A stretch of 64,000 nt of DNA from Candidatus Staskawiczbacteria bacterium (GTDB lineage: Bacteria > Patescibacteriota > Minisyncoccia > Minisyncoccales > Staskawiczbacteraceae), in contig JACPYG010000006.1 of the NCBI GenBank assembly GCA_016196125.1, positions 54,511 through 118,510 of the forward strand. The letters run 5' to 3'. Below the pieces are notes generated by a model. It was given only the letters and a program-made list of their open reading frames with translations, did no database searches and was not told the DNA's origin. Position numbers and translations under genes: made by a program. Each line of letters starts with the position of its first letter. Position 1 is the stretch's first letter. Shown in pieces: positions 40,657-48,634 of this stretch.

Positions 40657-41337
40657 GGGTTGGACATCATCCCTAATAAAATAATCATCCACAAAATCTT
40701 TAAATGATTGATTGTCTCGAAAATAATCAGGGAAATTTTCTTGACTAATTATATTCTTTTCTATCCTATCTCTCCTAATATAATCTAAATAACTGGAATA
40801 TGGATATACTGCTAAGAATTTTTTCATATCATTTGGCGCTTTTTTAATTTCATCTTTCCAACCAGGAAATTCTATATCCAGAGAATTAATATGAATGTAT
40901 CCGAATAATTGCCTCATGTAATTATCATCATCTCTAATTAATTTTGATTTGAATAAGCCACCAAATAAAGATCCGCTTCTTTGGTACTTAATATTAAAAA
41001 ACATTGAGTACCCTACACCTACCTTTCTCATAAATCTTGTAATACCGCCATCTATTTCTTGTTTAATCAATAAATGAAAGTGATTTGGCATAAGACACCA
41101 TGCGCCAATGGATATAAGCGGTTCTCCTTTTTCCAATATCAAAATCTGATTGAATGTTTTATGCTGTTGATTTATTAGATTATCAAGACGGAAAAATTGT
41201 TCATTAGAGTTTGAAACATATAAAAGCATTATGAAACGCTCGTAATCTTTTTTTGATTTAAAAATAATACGTTTATCTATGCCACGATTGTATATATGAT
41301 AATACTCGCCGGTAATAAATGGGTCTTTACGTAACAT
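40654..41337 (-). mobile_element. Y1/HUH transposase (IS200-superfamily, RAYT-like)
   Basis: YYHIYNRG, CLMPNHFHLL (HUH), G.LF, YIHIN, YPYSSY. Confidence 0.9.
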
Positions 41338-41365
41338 ATTTATAGTATACTAACTAACCAACAAC

Positions 41366-41397
41366 TAAGCAAGAACGGTTCTTGCTTAAACTTGCTT
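41366..41397. repeat. Right palindrome of the Y1 transposase plus an outer half-site
   Basis: Identical 23-mer at 41366-41388, followed by cttgctt at 41391-97. Confidence 0.85.
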
Positions 41398-41411
41398 GAC
41401 TATATCCAACT

Positions 41412-41435
41412 AAAAAGCCCCTTTCGGGGCTTTTT
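41412..41435 (-). terminator. Rho-independent terminator of the surface protein gene
   Basis: aaaaagcccc-GAAA-ggggcttttt on the minus strand. Confidence 0.85.
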
Positions 41436-41508
41436 GGTTTTTCCCTTCAGCCAGTCCCTGCCCGTCCACAAGTCGGGCACAAGAAAGGCAAGGGGTTCAT
41501 TCAGAAAA

Positions 41509-44500
41509 CTATCTTGTCCAGGTTTCAGAGGACAATGAATCTTTTACAAGATAACTGTTTGTCCAGTCAGCAGTAGCAGTTGATCCGCTCGTTGCAGCAG
41601 TATGAGCTATTGCTGAATTATCTGACCATATCAAGTCTGCATCTTCTGCCGAAGCGCTTGCTGTGGCAGAGGTGAATAACTTAATAATACCAGTCAACGA
41701 TGTACCAACATTCAGGTAGCCAATAAAGTCAACTGAAGTACTGCCGAATGTTACATCTGCAGTATCCGGGCTAAACGATATGGCAACGCTGTCTGCGGCT
41801 GTGTCGGTGGCGCCATCTAATCTAAACTCTTGAGGAACTCCATTAAGAGTGTAAGTAGTAGAAGTTCCAGCGATAATCACATCTTCTGTAGAGCCATCCC
41901 AAGTTACAATAATCTTGCTGTTAAGTTCGCTTACTCCGTCAGTGCTTTCTAAGCTGGTTGCAGTATCTTCATCCACAATACTTACAGAGGCGGTGATATC
42001 AACGCCGTCTTTGTAGAACTTAAACGACTCCAACTCCAGTTCGTCATCTGTTCCTCCATCAGACCATGCTACATCAAATTTAAGCTGTTTAACACTAATA
42101 TCGCCCGCTACTGGAGCGGCAACTTTCATGCTATACAAATCCAAGACCTGACCATTAGCAATAGTGCCTGAATTATCTAACTCAACCTTTGAAAGAGTTG
42201 GAACTGACCTATAAACATAAGTGCTGTTTCCGTCTCTTTCTGTGGTGCTTGTTGATACGGTTCCTTGTTCATCCATGTATTCAACAAATGACAGGGCTGG
42301 GACTATTCTCAATCCCGATGTGCCATTTGTGGCTGATGGAACAGCCAAGGTTGCTTTGGCAGTCAAGGTTTTTGATGTGCCTGCAGGAACTGCAACGTTC
42401 AAACCAGTGAAATAATAACCGCCAGTAGAACCATTGGTATCAATGGCGTTAAAGCTTTGCGCTGTACCAACCTGAACACTGCCATCCCACAGCGTTAAGC
42501 TGGAAATAGCATCTTCAGCATTGTCTGTTGCAGTAGAAGCAACATCTGGGTCAATTTTGACTTCTGTCAAAGTAAATGGCCTGTAATCAGCGGAGAATTT
42601 CCATCTTCCAATCTCAACCTCTTGATTTCCAGAAACCGTCTGGTTTTGAGGTGTGCCGATAAATGCAGTTGTAAGAGCGCCCGTAGTGTATGTTAATGCC
42701 TGACCGGTAACTTCTGCCGAATTGGCCGCAACAGCTGAAGAAACAGTAGTGCTGTCAATATCCAATACAACTGTTCCCGTGCCGGTTGTCATACCGCTGG
42801 CAACGTCCATATACACTTCTACAGGAATGGTTACTCCTGCGGCAAGTGTGTAGTTAATTGACCATGCGTTTGCAGCGGCAACGGTTGGCTTTACCGATGT
42901 CATCTGTGTTCCGTACTTTACATACAAGTTTGTTGCATATGTGCTTACTTCGTCAACGGCAACATTGATAGTTGAAATATTAACTGCCTCTGATGTGCTT
43001 GGAACTAAGTTGTAATCAGCAACTTTGTAAGCAAACAAAGGAGCAACAACTGAATGGGCTGCGTAAGCAGGGTCTAACGACAATGACAATGTGCCTTGGG
43101 CAACTGTCAAAGTATTAGCGCTTATATCGCCTGAAGGCACATCAAGTGTAGTTGAAGAAACTAAACCTGTAGCATTGTTGTTGGTGCTGGCTCCTTCAAT
43201 TGTAACTTGAATAGTGCTGCCCGAAACAATGCTGTTTGTGCTGTCTGAAGTGCCTGTGTCGTAAATATCGGCCCTTACCGTCAATATTACAGGGCTTCCC
43301 GGTTCAACTATCAAAGATGAACCCAAGTTAAATGTGGTGTAGTCAAAGCTTGAATCTGCCGGGTCATAAAGAGTGGTTGTGCTTCCAATTTGAACTCCAT
43401 TGGCGTAAATTGCTCCATTTCTTAATCCGCTAACGCCTGATGTGTTAACATTTGCAGAAATATAAAGAGTTTCAATCTTTACTTTCTCGCCAGCGGCTTT
43501 TAATTCAAATTTTGCCAATAAAGCGTTTGATGCGGCATCAACAATATCTCCCGATGGAGAATCCGACATCTTTGTAATTGTCAGAGTTCCGGAATTTATT
43601 GTTTGCGCGCCTGTTGACCTCTTGGTAAATGACGCGTCTGAAATTAAGTCAGACAATACATTTGCCATATATTGACTGTCAACAACGGTAACATCGGCTA
43701 CATTCCACAGGTGCATTGTGAAGTTCAAGCTTGAACCGCCAATAATGTCGGCTAAAACTTTAACAACTCTTGTTCCGGCTTCCAACCTTTTTGGAGTTCC
43801 GGTTAAGTCAAAAGTTACATAGCTTTGGTCTAAGCTGTCTGCCATTAATTGCTGTGTTGAACCAACTTGTATTCCGTCAACATATAGTTTGAAATTTTTT
43901 AAATCTGTGTTAGAAACGCTTCCGGTTTTCCTGAAGCTGATTCTTGTCATATCAACCGCCCTTGTAGTAACAATTACGCTGTTTTGGAAAACAGTGTAAC
44001 CGTCTTGAGGGTCAACATCAGCCGCCGCAGGGGTTGTTGTGGCATTCCACTCCACTCCTGCTAATGTTCCGGTTGCTATTGTCATTAAGTTTCCTGTAAT
44101 AGGATATGTTCCTTTTACAGAACTGGCGTTTGTTGTGACACTGGACATTGAAACAACTTGCATTCCAACTGTTTCTCCAGATGTGCCATTAACATCAGAC
44201 AATACAGAGATTGTCATAGAACCCATTGAAGGCACTGTGAACAATCCTGAAGTATTATTGAAGTTAATCATGGTTTCTGAAACAGCTGACCCATCGGTTA
44301 ATCTTACGGCTCCATTAAACAAATAGACATTGGTCAAAGAAGCGTCGGCTGAAACACCAATTCTCTTTAACTTTAATCCTGTAACCTTTACCGGAGCATT
44401 GTCTCCGTTTGTAAAGGTTAATTTTGCCAATGAGGCTAATGCCTGACCGTCAACAATTGTTCCTGTGGCTGGGTTGTCAGAAGCCAACATTACTGTAAGC

Positions 44501-44985
44501 CCTGCTCCGGTTGGAACTGGTGTTGGGGTTGGTATTGGAGTTTGAGTTGGTGAGCTGGCTAACCATGAATTTAATAAACCTCTTGTTAAAGGACCAACCT
44601 GGTTTGCAGGTATCCATCCTTGCGCGGCCTGTAATGCCCTGACCTTTGCTAAGGTCAAAGGACCAAAGTACATGGTTTCATTTCCAGGCGAACCTGCTCC
44701 TGTTATTGCAAGCTGGTATCCATGGGAATTCATAAGTGTTTGCATACACTTTACGTCTTGCCCGGTAGAACCAACCGTCAAATTCCTTGTAAATGTGACT
44801 CCAACGCAATTTGCAGACGTGCCACCAGTTGTCTGTTGGCCTTGCAATGCGGCTAGTTGAGCCATCAAGGCATTAATCTGAGCTTGCAAATCTGACAAAA
44901 GGTCAGCTGAAGCTATTCCAGGAGCAATCGTTGCAACCATAGTCAAAGCGACTGTGGCTGATATGATTGTTTTTCTTATATTCAT
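41509..44985 (-). CDS. Large secreted S-layer-like surface protein with peptidoglycan-binding domain
   Basis: Signal peptide, LQAQINALMAQL coil, FTRNLTVGSTGQDVK..Q...YFGPLT (PG_binding_1-like), PTPTP linker, T/S/G/V-rich beta repeats. Confidence 0.75.
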   Translation of the reverse strand: MNIRKTIISATVALTMVATIAPGIASADLLSDLQAQINALMAQLAALQGQQTTGGTSANCVGVTFTRNLTVGSTGQDVKCMQTLMNSHGYQLAITGAGSPGNETMYFGPLTLAKVRALQAAQGWIPANQVGPLTRGLLNSWLASSPTQTPIPTPTPVPTGAGLTVMLASDNPATGTIVDGQALASLAKLTFTNGDNAPVKVTGLKLKRIGVSADASLTNVYLFNGAVRLTDGSAVSETMINFNNTSGLFTVPSMGSMTISVLSDVNGTSGETVGMQVVSMSSVTTNASSVKGTYPITGNLMTIATGTLAGVEWNATTTPAAADVDPQDGYTVFQNSVIVTTRAVDMTRISFRKTGSVSNTDLKNFKLYVDGIQVGSTQQLMADSLDQSYVTFDLTGTPKRLEAGTRVVKVLADIIGGSSLNFTMHLWNVADVTVVDSQYMANVLSDLISDASFTKRSTGAQTINSGTLTITKMSDSPSGDIVDAASNALLAKFELKAAGEKVKIETLYISANVNTSGVSGLRNGAIYANGVQIGSTTTLYDPADSSFDYTTFNLGSSLIVEPGSPVILTVRADIYDTGTSDSTNSIVSGSTIQVTIEGASTNNNATGLVSSTTLDVPSGDISANTLTVAQGTLSLSLDPAYAAHSVVAPLFAYKVADYNLVPSTSEAVNISTINVAVDEVSTYATNLYVKYGTQMTSVKPTVAAANAWSINYTLAAGVTIPVEVYMDVASGMTTGTGTVVLDIDSTTVSSAVAANSAEVTGQALTYTTGALTTAFIGTPQNQTVSGNQEVEIGRWKFSADYRPFTLTEVKIDPDVASTATDNAEDAISSLTLWDGSVQVGTAQSFNAIDTNGSTGGYYFTGLNVAVPAGTSKTLTAKATLAVPSATNGTSGLRIVPALSFVEYMDEQGTVSTSTTERDGNSTYVYRSVPTLSKVELDNSGTIANGQVLDLYSMKVAAPVAGDISVKQLKFDVAWSDGGTDDELELESFKFYKDGVDITASVSIVDEDTATSLESTDGVSELNSKIIVTWDGSTEDVIIAGTSTTYTLNGVPQEFRLDGATDTAADSVAISFSPDTADVTFGSTSVDFIGYLNVGTSLTGIIKLFTSATASASAEDADLIWSDNSAIAHTAATSGSTATADWTNSYLVKDSLSSETWTR

Positions 44986-45091
44986 TTTTGTTTATTTTTT
45001 GTAATTAATTTTATGATTTTTTTTCTCGCCGGTCGACCATTTCACTCGCGATTTTACGTATTAATCACGAATAACGACTCATCAATTATTA

Positions 45092-45131
45092 TGTCAAAAG
45101 GCAAAGATACGTAATTTCTTTGCCTGTCAAA
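45092..45131 (-). promoter_or_regulatory. Hairpin (possible terminator) bracketed by two TTGACA boxes upstream of the surface protein gene
   Basis: aggcaaaga/tctttgcct stem; tgtcaaa at 45092-98 and 45125-31. Confidence 0.45.
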
Positions 45132-45135
45132 TTAT

Positions 45136-45903
45136 CTAATCATTTATTGTCAATATTCCTTCTAATGCATCAGAATACTTGCCATCTGCGTATAAATCTT
45201 TAACTTCTTGCATTATTTTTTGCTGATCTTCTGTCAAAGTTGTATTTTCCAAGTCGTCAATCTCTCTTAGGACCAAAGGAGCTAATGCATCATTTAAATC
45301 TTTTGATTCTTTGGTATCCTCTAAGTCTACTCCTAATGTTTGTAACTCCTTTTTATTATCTTTTATTTTTTTAATCTGAAATGCAATATCTTTTATTGAT
45401 TTGTAATCTTTTTGCTCCATACCGCTAATGCCAACCAGATTTTTTGTCGCTTCTGAAATACTTGCCTGAAATTCTCTTATAGCCGGAGCTATATTCTGCA
45501 TTTTGTTATCTTTTACGACCTGCGTTAAATCGTCCAATCTTCTATTGGCTGTTTCAAAATTATTTTTTAGTTGATTTTCCTGTGATATGAAAGCTGTTTG
45601 CGACTGTTCTGTCAGCTTCTTTACCGAAAATAACGCATCTCCCGGCATTGTATACTGGGCAAAACCAAACATTCCAACCATTATGAATAAAAGGCTTGCA
45701 AAAGCATAAGCTAATTTTCTTTGATGGATCAATGCTGGCAAAAAGTCTAAGAAACCAAATGTCTGTTTTTTCTGCGCTTTTATTTGTCCCTTTACCGGTG
45801 ATTGAGCGATAAATATCTGATTTTTAACCAAAACCACCCAGTCTTTATTGGGCTTTATTTGCTGGAATTCCTTTAATTTATTAATTAGTTGTTTCTCATG
45901 CAT
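45136..45903 (-). CDS. Single-TM putative anti-sigma factor (DUF5667-like)
   Basis: Directly follows the ECF sigma; TM, then PGDALFSVK...E, A.RRL.D; start moved to MHEKQL because the longer ORF begins inside a repeat. Confidence 0.6.
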   Translation of the reverse strand: MHEKQLINKLKEFQQIKPNKDWVVLVKNQIFIAQSPVKGQIKAQKKQTFGFLDFLPALIHQRKLAYAFASLLFIMVGMFGFAQYTMPGDALFSVKKLTEQSQTAFISQENQLKNNFETANRRLDDLTQVVKDNKMQNIAPAIREFQASISEATKNLVGISGMEQKDYKSIKDIAFQIKKIKDNKKELQTLGVDLEDTKESKDLNDALAPLVLREIDDLENTTLTEDQQKIMQEVKDLYADGKYSDALEGILTIND

Positions 45904-45952
45904 TGTACATCTACGACGCAAAAACTGGCTTTTTATTACAATTTTATCCATA

Positions 45953-46024
45953 TGGAAATAAGGATATTTTTCAACGCCCGCCAAACCCACGGCCAGTCCG
46001 AATTGAAAAATATCCTTATTTCCA
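45953..46024. repeat. Hairpin repeat family B, copy 1 (22-bp perfect stem, 28-nt GC-rich loop)
   Basis: tggaaataaggatatttttcaa/ttgaaaaatatccttatttcca; near-identical to 61050-61127. Confidence 0.85.
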
Positions 46025-46037
46025 CGATAGCCGTGCT

Positions 46038-46559
46038 TTATGATTCTTGTATTTTTTTTGCTTCTATTTCTTTTTTTAGGGCTTTTAGTCCTCTATGAAG
46101 CATAACCCTTACCGTACCTTCGGGTTTACCCATAATTTCGGCTATTTCAGGGACCCTCATATCGTCTATGTAATGACAAATAATTATATCCTGGTAGTCT
46201 TGTTTTAAATTTTGAATGGCAAGCTTAACTTTTTGGAATTCAGAACTCAATATGGCCTTCTCTTCCAATCCCATACCTGAGTCAACTATTTGAGGCGCAA
46301 GAGAAGTTGAAATAACCTTTATTTTGGCTTTTTCCCTATAATGGTCAATCACTGTATTTCTGGCAATTTGGTATAAAAAGGCGCTTGGATTAAGAATTCC
46401 TGATCCTTGGCTCTGGAAGGCCTCCCAGCCCTTTAAAAACACCTTTGAAGTGATATCTTCGGATATTTCTTGTGAACTTACCTTAAAATAAACAAATCTA
46501 TATATTTTATCAATATATTGGTCGTAAATCTGACTGAATTTTTCTTGATAGTTATCCAT
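46038..46559 (-). CDS. ECF RNA polymerase sigma factor
   Basis: IYRFVY, EDITS.VFLK, FLYQIARN..IDHYR (region 2); EIAEIMGKPEGTVRVMLHRG (region 4). Confidence 0.92.
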   Translation of the reverse strand: MDNYQEKFSQIYDQYIDKIYRFVYFKVSSQEISEDITSKVFLKGWEAFQSQGSGILNPSAFLYQIARNTVIDHYREKAKIKVISTSLAPQIVDSGMGLEEKAILSSEFQKVKLAIQNLKQDYQDIIICHYIDDMRVPEIAEIMGKPEGTVRVMLHRGLKALKKEIEAKKIQES

Positions 46560-46564
46560 TGATT

Positions 46565-46593
46565 ATAATATAATAAAAACCTAATAAAGTCAA
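46565..46593 (-). promoter_or_regulatory. Leaderless sigma70-type promoter of the ECF sigma gene
   Basis: TTGACT-17-TATTAT, 5 nt to ATG. Confidence 0.6.
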
Positions 46594-46656
46594 CTCTTCA
46601 CCCCGCCATTAGCGATATTACAAAAATGATATCAGTTGTATCCTTGGGGTGAAGAG
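46594..46656. mobile_element. MITE-like element, CTCTTCACCC family (63 bp, TSD TCAA)
   Basis: 11-bp TIR ctcttcacccc/ggggtgaagag; TCAA at 46590-93 and 46657-60. Confidence 0.8.
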
Positions 46657-46665
46657 TCAATAGTT

Positions 46666-46728
46666 GATAGGACAAGATAGGACAAATAAATATTTATTAG
46701 GACATTAACCTTGTCCTATCTGATAGGA
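46666..46728. repeat. Cluster of GATAGGACAA-type short repeats
   Basis: gataggacaa x2 (46666-85), taggaca (46698-704), inverted ttgtcctatc (46711-20), gatagga (46722-28). Confidence 0.65.
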
Positions 46729-47427
46729 GACCTGATTCCACTCTCCTACCCGTATTATTCTTCTATTTTTCAATAACTCGTCTAAATCCCGCCTTATTGT
46801 TCTTTTTGTTATATCGCCTAAAAATGTTTTAAAATCTGAAACTTGAGCCTTGCCTTTTTCATTTAAAACTTGAAGTATTTTTTTTTGACGGTCTGAAATT
46901 GAAAATCCAGAAGATTTTGGCTGGCTAATATTTTTATCGGTAAAAGACATCTGATTTTCTATAGTTTTTTGAAAAATAACCTTTTGGGTTTGCTCGACAG
47001 TACTTGTGTTTTCTGCTTTTTTTACCGGTTCGGCTGGCAGTTTTTCTATTGGCAAACTAATTTGACTTTTAATCCTTTCGTACTCTTTAGAGATTATTAA
47101 AAAATTTACAGTATCTATCCAACCAAAAGATTTGGCAAGTTTCAGGTAATTTAAAATAATTTCTATATCTCCTAAAAGCTGACTTTTAGCTTTATCTTTT
47201 TGCAAAGAAGCCCATCCTTGAGTGCCAAAAACTAAAACCAGATTTTCTGTTATTGCCAATGCCCTGTCTTTTGCCCTATTTTTTAACGGCTCTCCTTCAG
47301 GAAAAAAGTCCGATAATCTGTAAACAGCGCTGGTTAATTTTACCCCGTTAGAAATCTGATTGGTAAACGAGTCGGCAGTCGCCTCTGGTAATTTATTTCT
47401 AACGGGGTTTATAAATTTATCTTCCAT
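46705..47427 (-). CDS. DeoR-like winged-HTH protein with N-terminal helical bundle and a 23-aa element insertion
   Basis: C-terminal RQKKIL...ITKRTIRRDLDEL...RVGE; N-terminal LTSAVYRLSDFFPEGEPLK. Confidence 0.75.
   Translation of the reverse strand: MEDKFINPVRNKLPEATADSFTNQISNGVKLTSAVYRLSDFFPEGEPLKNRAKDRALAITENLVLVFGTQGWASLQKDKAKSQLLGDIEIILNYLKLAKSFGWIDTVNFLIISKEYERIKSQISLPIEKLPAEPVKKAENTSTVEQTQKVIFQKTIENQMSFTDKNISQPKSSGFSISDRQKKILQVLNEKGKAQVSDFKTFLGDITKRTIRRDLDELLKNRRIIRVGEWNQVSYQIGQG
47343..47407. mobile_element. MITE-like element inserted in frame (65 bp + TSD TTTA = 23 codons)
   Basis: 13-bp TIR ccccgttagaaat/atttctaacgggg; TTTA at 47339-42 and 47408-11. Confidence 0.85.
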
Positions 47428-47463
47428 TTGACCTTCAATTTAACAGAAAGAAAATAGAAAGTC

Positions 47464-47520
47464 AAAAAAACGACTTAGGGCGCGCGATTCAAAATAGAAT
47501 CACGCACCCTGAAAATCGTC
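47464..47520 (-). ncRNA. Candidate ~57-nt hairpin small RNA or terminator
   Basis: 14-bp stem with G-U pairs valid only on the minus strand, U-tract, and an extended -10 TGTGGTACAAT immediately upstream. Confidence 0.4.
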
Positions 47521-47576
47521 TTTTAATTGTACCACAAAAGAAAAGAATATCAGTATGTGGATAACTTATTTTTAAT

Positions 47577-47601
47577 AAAAAAGCTTTCCGAAGAAAGCTT
47601 T
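47577..47601 (-). terminator. Rho-independent terminator with C(UUCG)G loop
   Basis: aaagctttc-TTCG-gaaagcttt-ttt on the minus strand. Confidence 0.75.
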
Positions 47602-47646
47602 GTGGTAATTTGGTTTTTAATATAGCGGAATTAAGAGAATTATTTT

Positions 47647-47868
47647 TTACATTTCTTTTCTGGATATAATCCAAGGAAGAAAATGATTGCGCGGAATACA
47701 ATCAAAACAGGAAAGCGCCACTCCTCCCGATACCTTTGTAATTTCCTGTCTTGCAATTTTTTCTCCGCAAAAATTGCAGAGAGGAAGGGTTTTTTTATTT
47801 TTGTGTTTGCCTTCTGTTTTTCTTTTTCCTTGAAATCCGACAAAAAATGCCTTTTGCTGGTCTTCCAT
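47647..47868 (-). CDS. Small CxxC...CxxC zinc-finger protein
   Basis: CNFC-x19-CFDC; SD AAGGAG 7 nt before ATG; terminator downstream. Confidence 0.55.
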   Translation of the reverse strand: MEDQQKAFFVGFQGKRKTEGKHKNKKTLPLCNFCGEKIARQEITKVSGGVALSCFDCIPRNHFLPWIISRKEM

Positions 47869-47905
47869 CTTATTTCTCCTTTTTCAAAGAACTGGCCGCT
47901 TTTAA

Positions 47906-48634
47906 CTACAAACCCAAAAATGCCTTTATCACGTTTACGGGAACAACCGAAATCATACCATCTGAATCGGTATAACTCAAGCCCACAAGCTCGCCTGTAA
48001 TATTAAACAAGGGGCTCCCGGAAACAATTGATTTTTCAGAAATATTTGTTTTTATAGTGTTAATATCAAAACTTCTCACTATTCCTTCATTTACCAGCCA
48101 ATCTTTGGCTTTTACTGAAGAGGCTGCTATTAAAAATACTCTTTGACCTAATTTTATTTTATCGAAATCCGCAAAGCCAACTGTCGGCAAATTACTTTTA
48201 TCAACCTTGATTAGAATTAAATTTTTCTTATAATCTGATTTTTGGATTTTAAAGTCTACTTTTTCTCCGTTTATAAAAATATTAAATTTACTGCCAACAG
48301 GAACCAAGTTTGCTAAAATAACAATTAATCCATCAGATGTTGCAATTAATCCTGATCCTATATAACTATTTTTCGCCAAAGTGGTCACTTGAATTGCCGC
48401 TACTGACTTTGTGACTTTTTCAATAGCCGATTCCAATGCTATATTCTCTTGGATATAAACTTGCTCTTTTGGATTTATAATTATTTTCCCGCTTTTAAAA
48501 TCTTTGACAAAATCAAACCTTTCAAAGTAAGTATTTGTCAACAAATAAGGCAATACAAAAACATTAAAAAAAAGAGCGCCCAACGTCCCTAACAATAAAA
48601 TACCAATAATTATTGATATAACTTTTGTTTTCAT
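47906..48634 (-). CDS. Membrane-anchored trypsin-like (HtrA-related) protein, likely inactive
   Basis: GSGLIATSDG, SGSPLFN..GE; catalytic His and Asp motifs degenerate; no PDZ. Confidence 0.7.
   Translation of the reverse strand: MKTKVISIIIGILLLGTLGALFFNVFVLPYLLTNTYFERFDFVKDFKSGKIIINPKEQVYIQENIALESAIEKVTKSVAAIQVTTLAKNSYIGSGLIATSDGLIVILANLVPVGSKFNIFINGEKVDFKIQKSDYKKNLILIKVDKSNLPTVGFADFDKIKLGQRVFLIAASSVKAKDWLVNEGIVRSFDINTIKTNISEKSIVSGSPLFNITGELVGLSYTDSDGMISVVPVNVIKAFLGL

Noticed and set aside
45904-45990. 29-aa N-terminal extension of the anti-sigma-like ORF
   Set aside because: It starts inside the hairpin repeat; MHEKQL at 45903 is the more plausible start.
46666-46728. CRISPR-like array
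   Set aside because: Repeats are 10 bp or shorter, lack regular unique spacers, and no cas genes are present.
47556-47564. Replication origin suggested by a DnaA box
   Set aside because: Only a single intergenic box (another lies inside ybeY), with no box cluster or dnaA/dnaN nearby.
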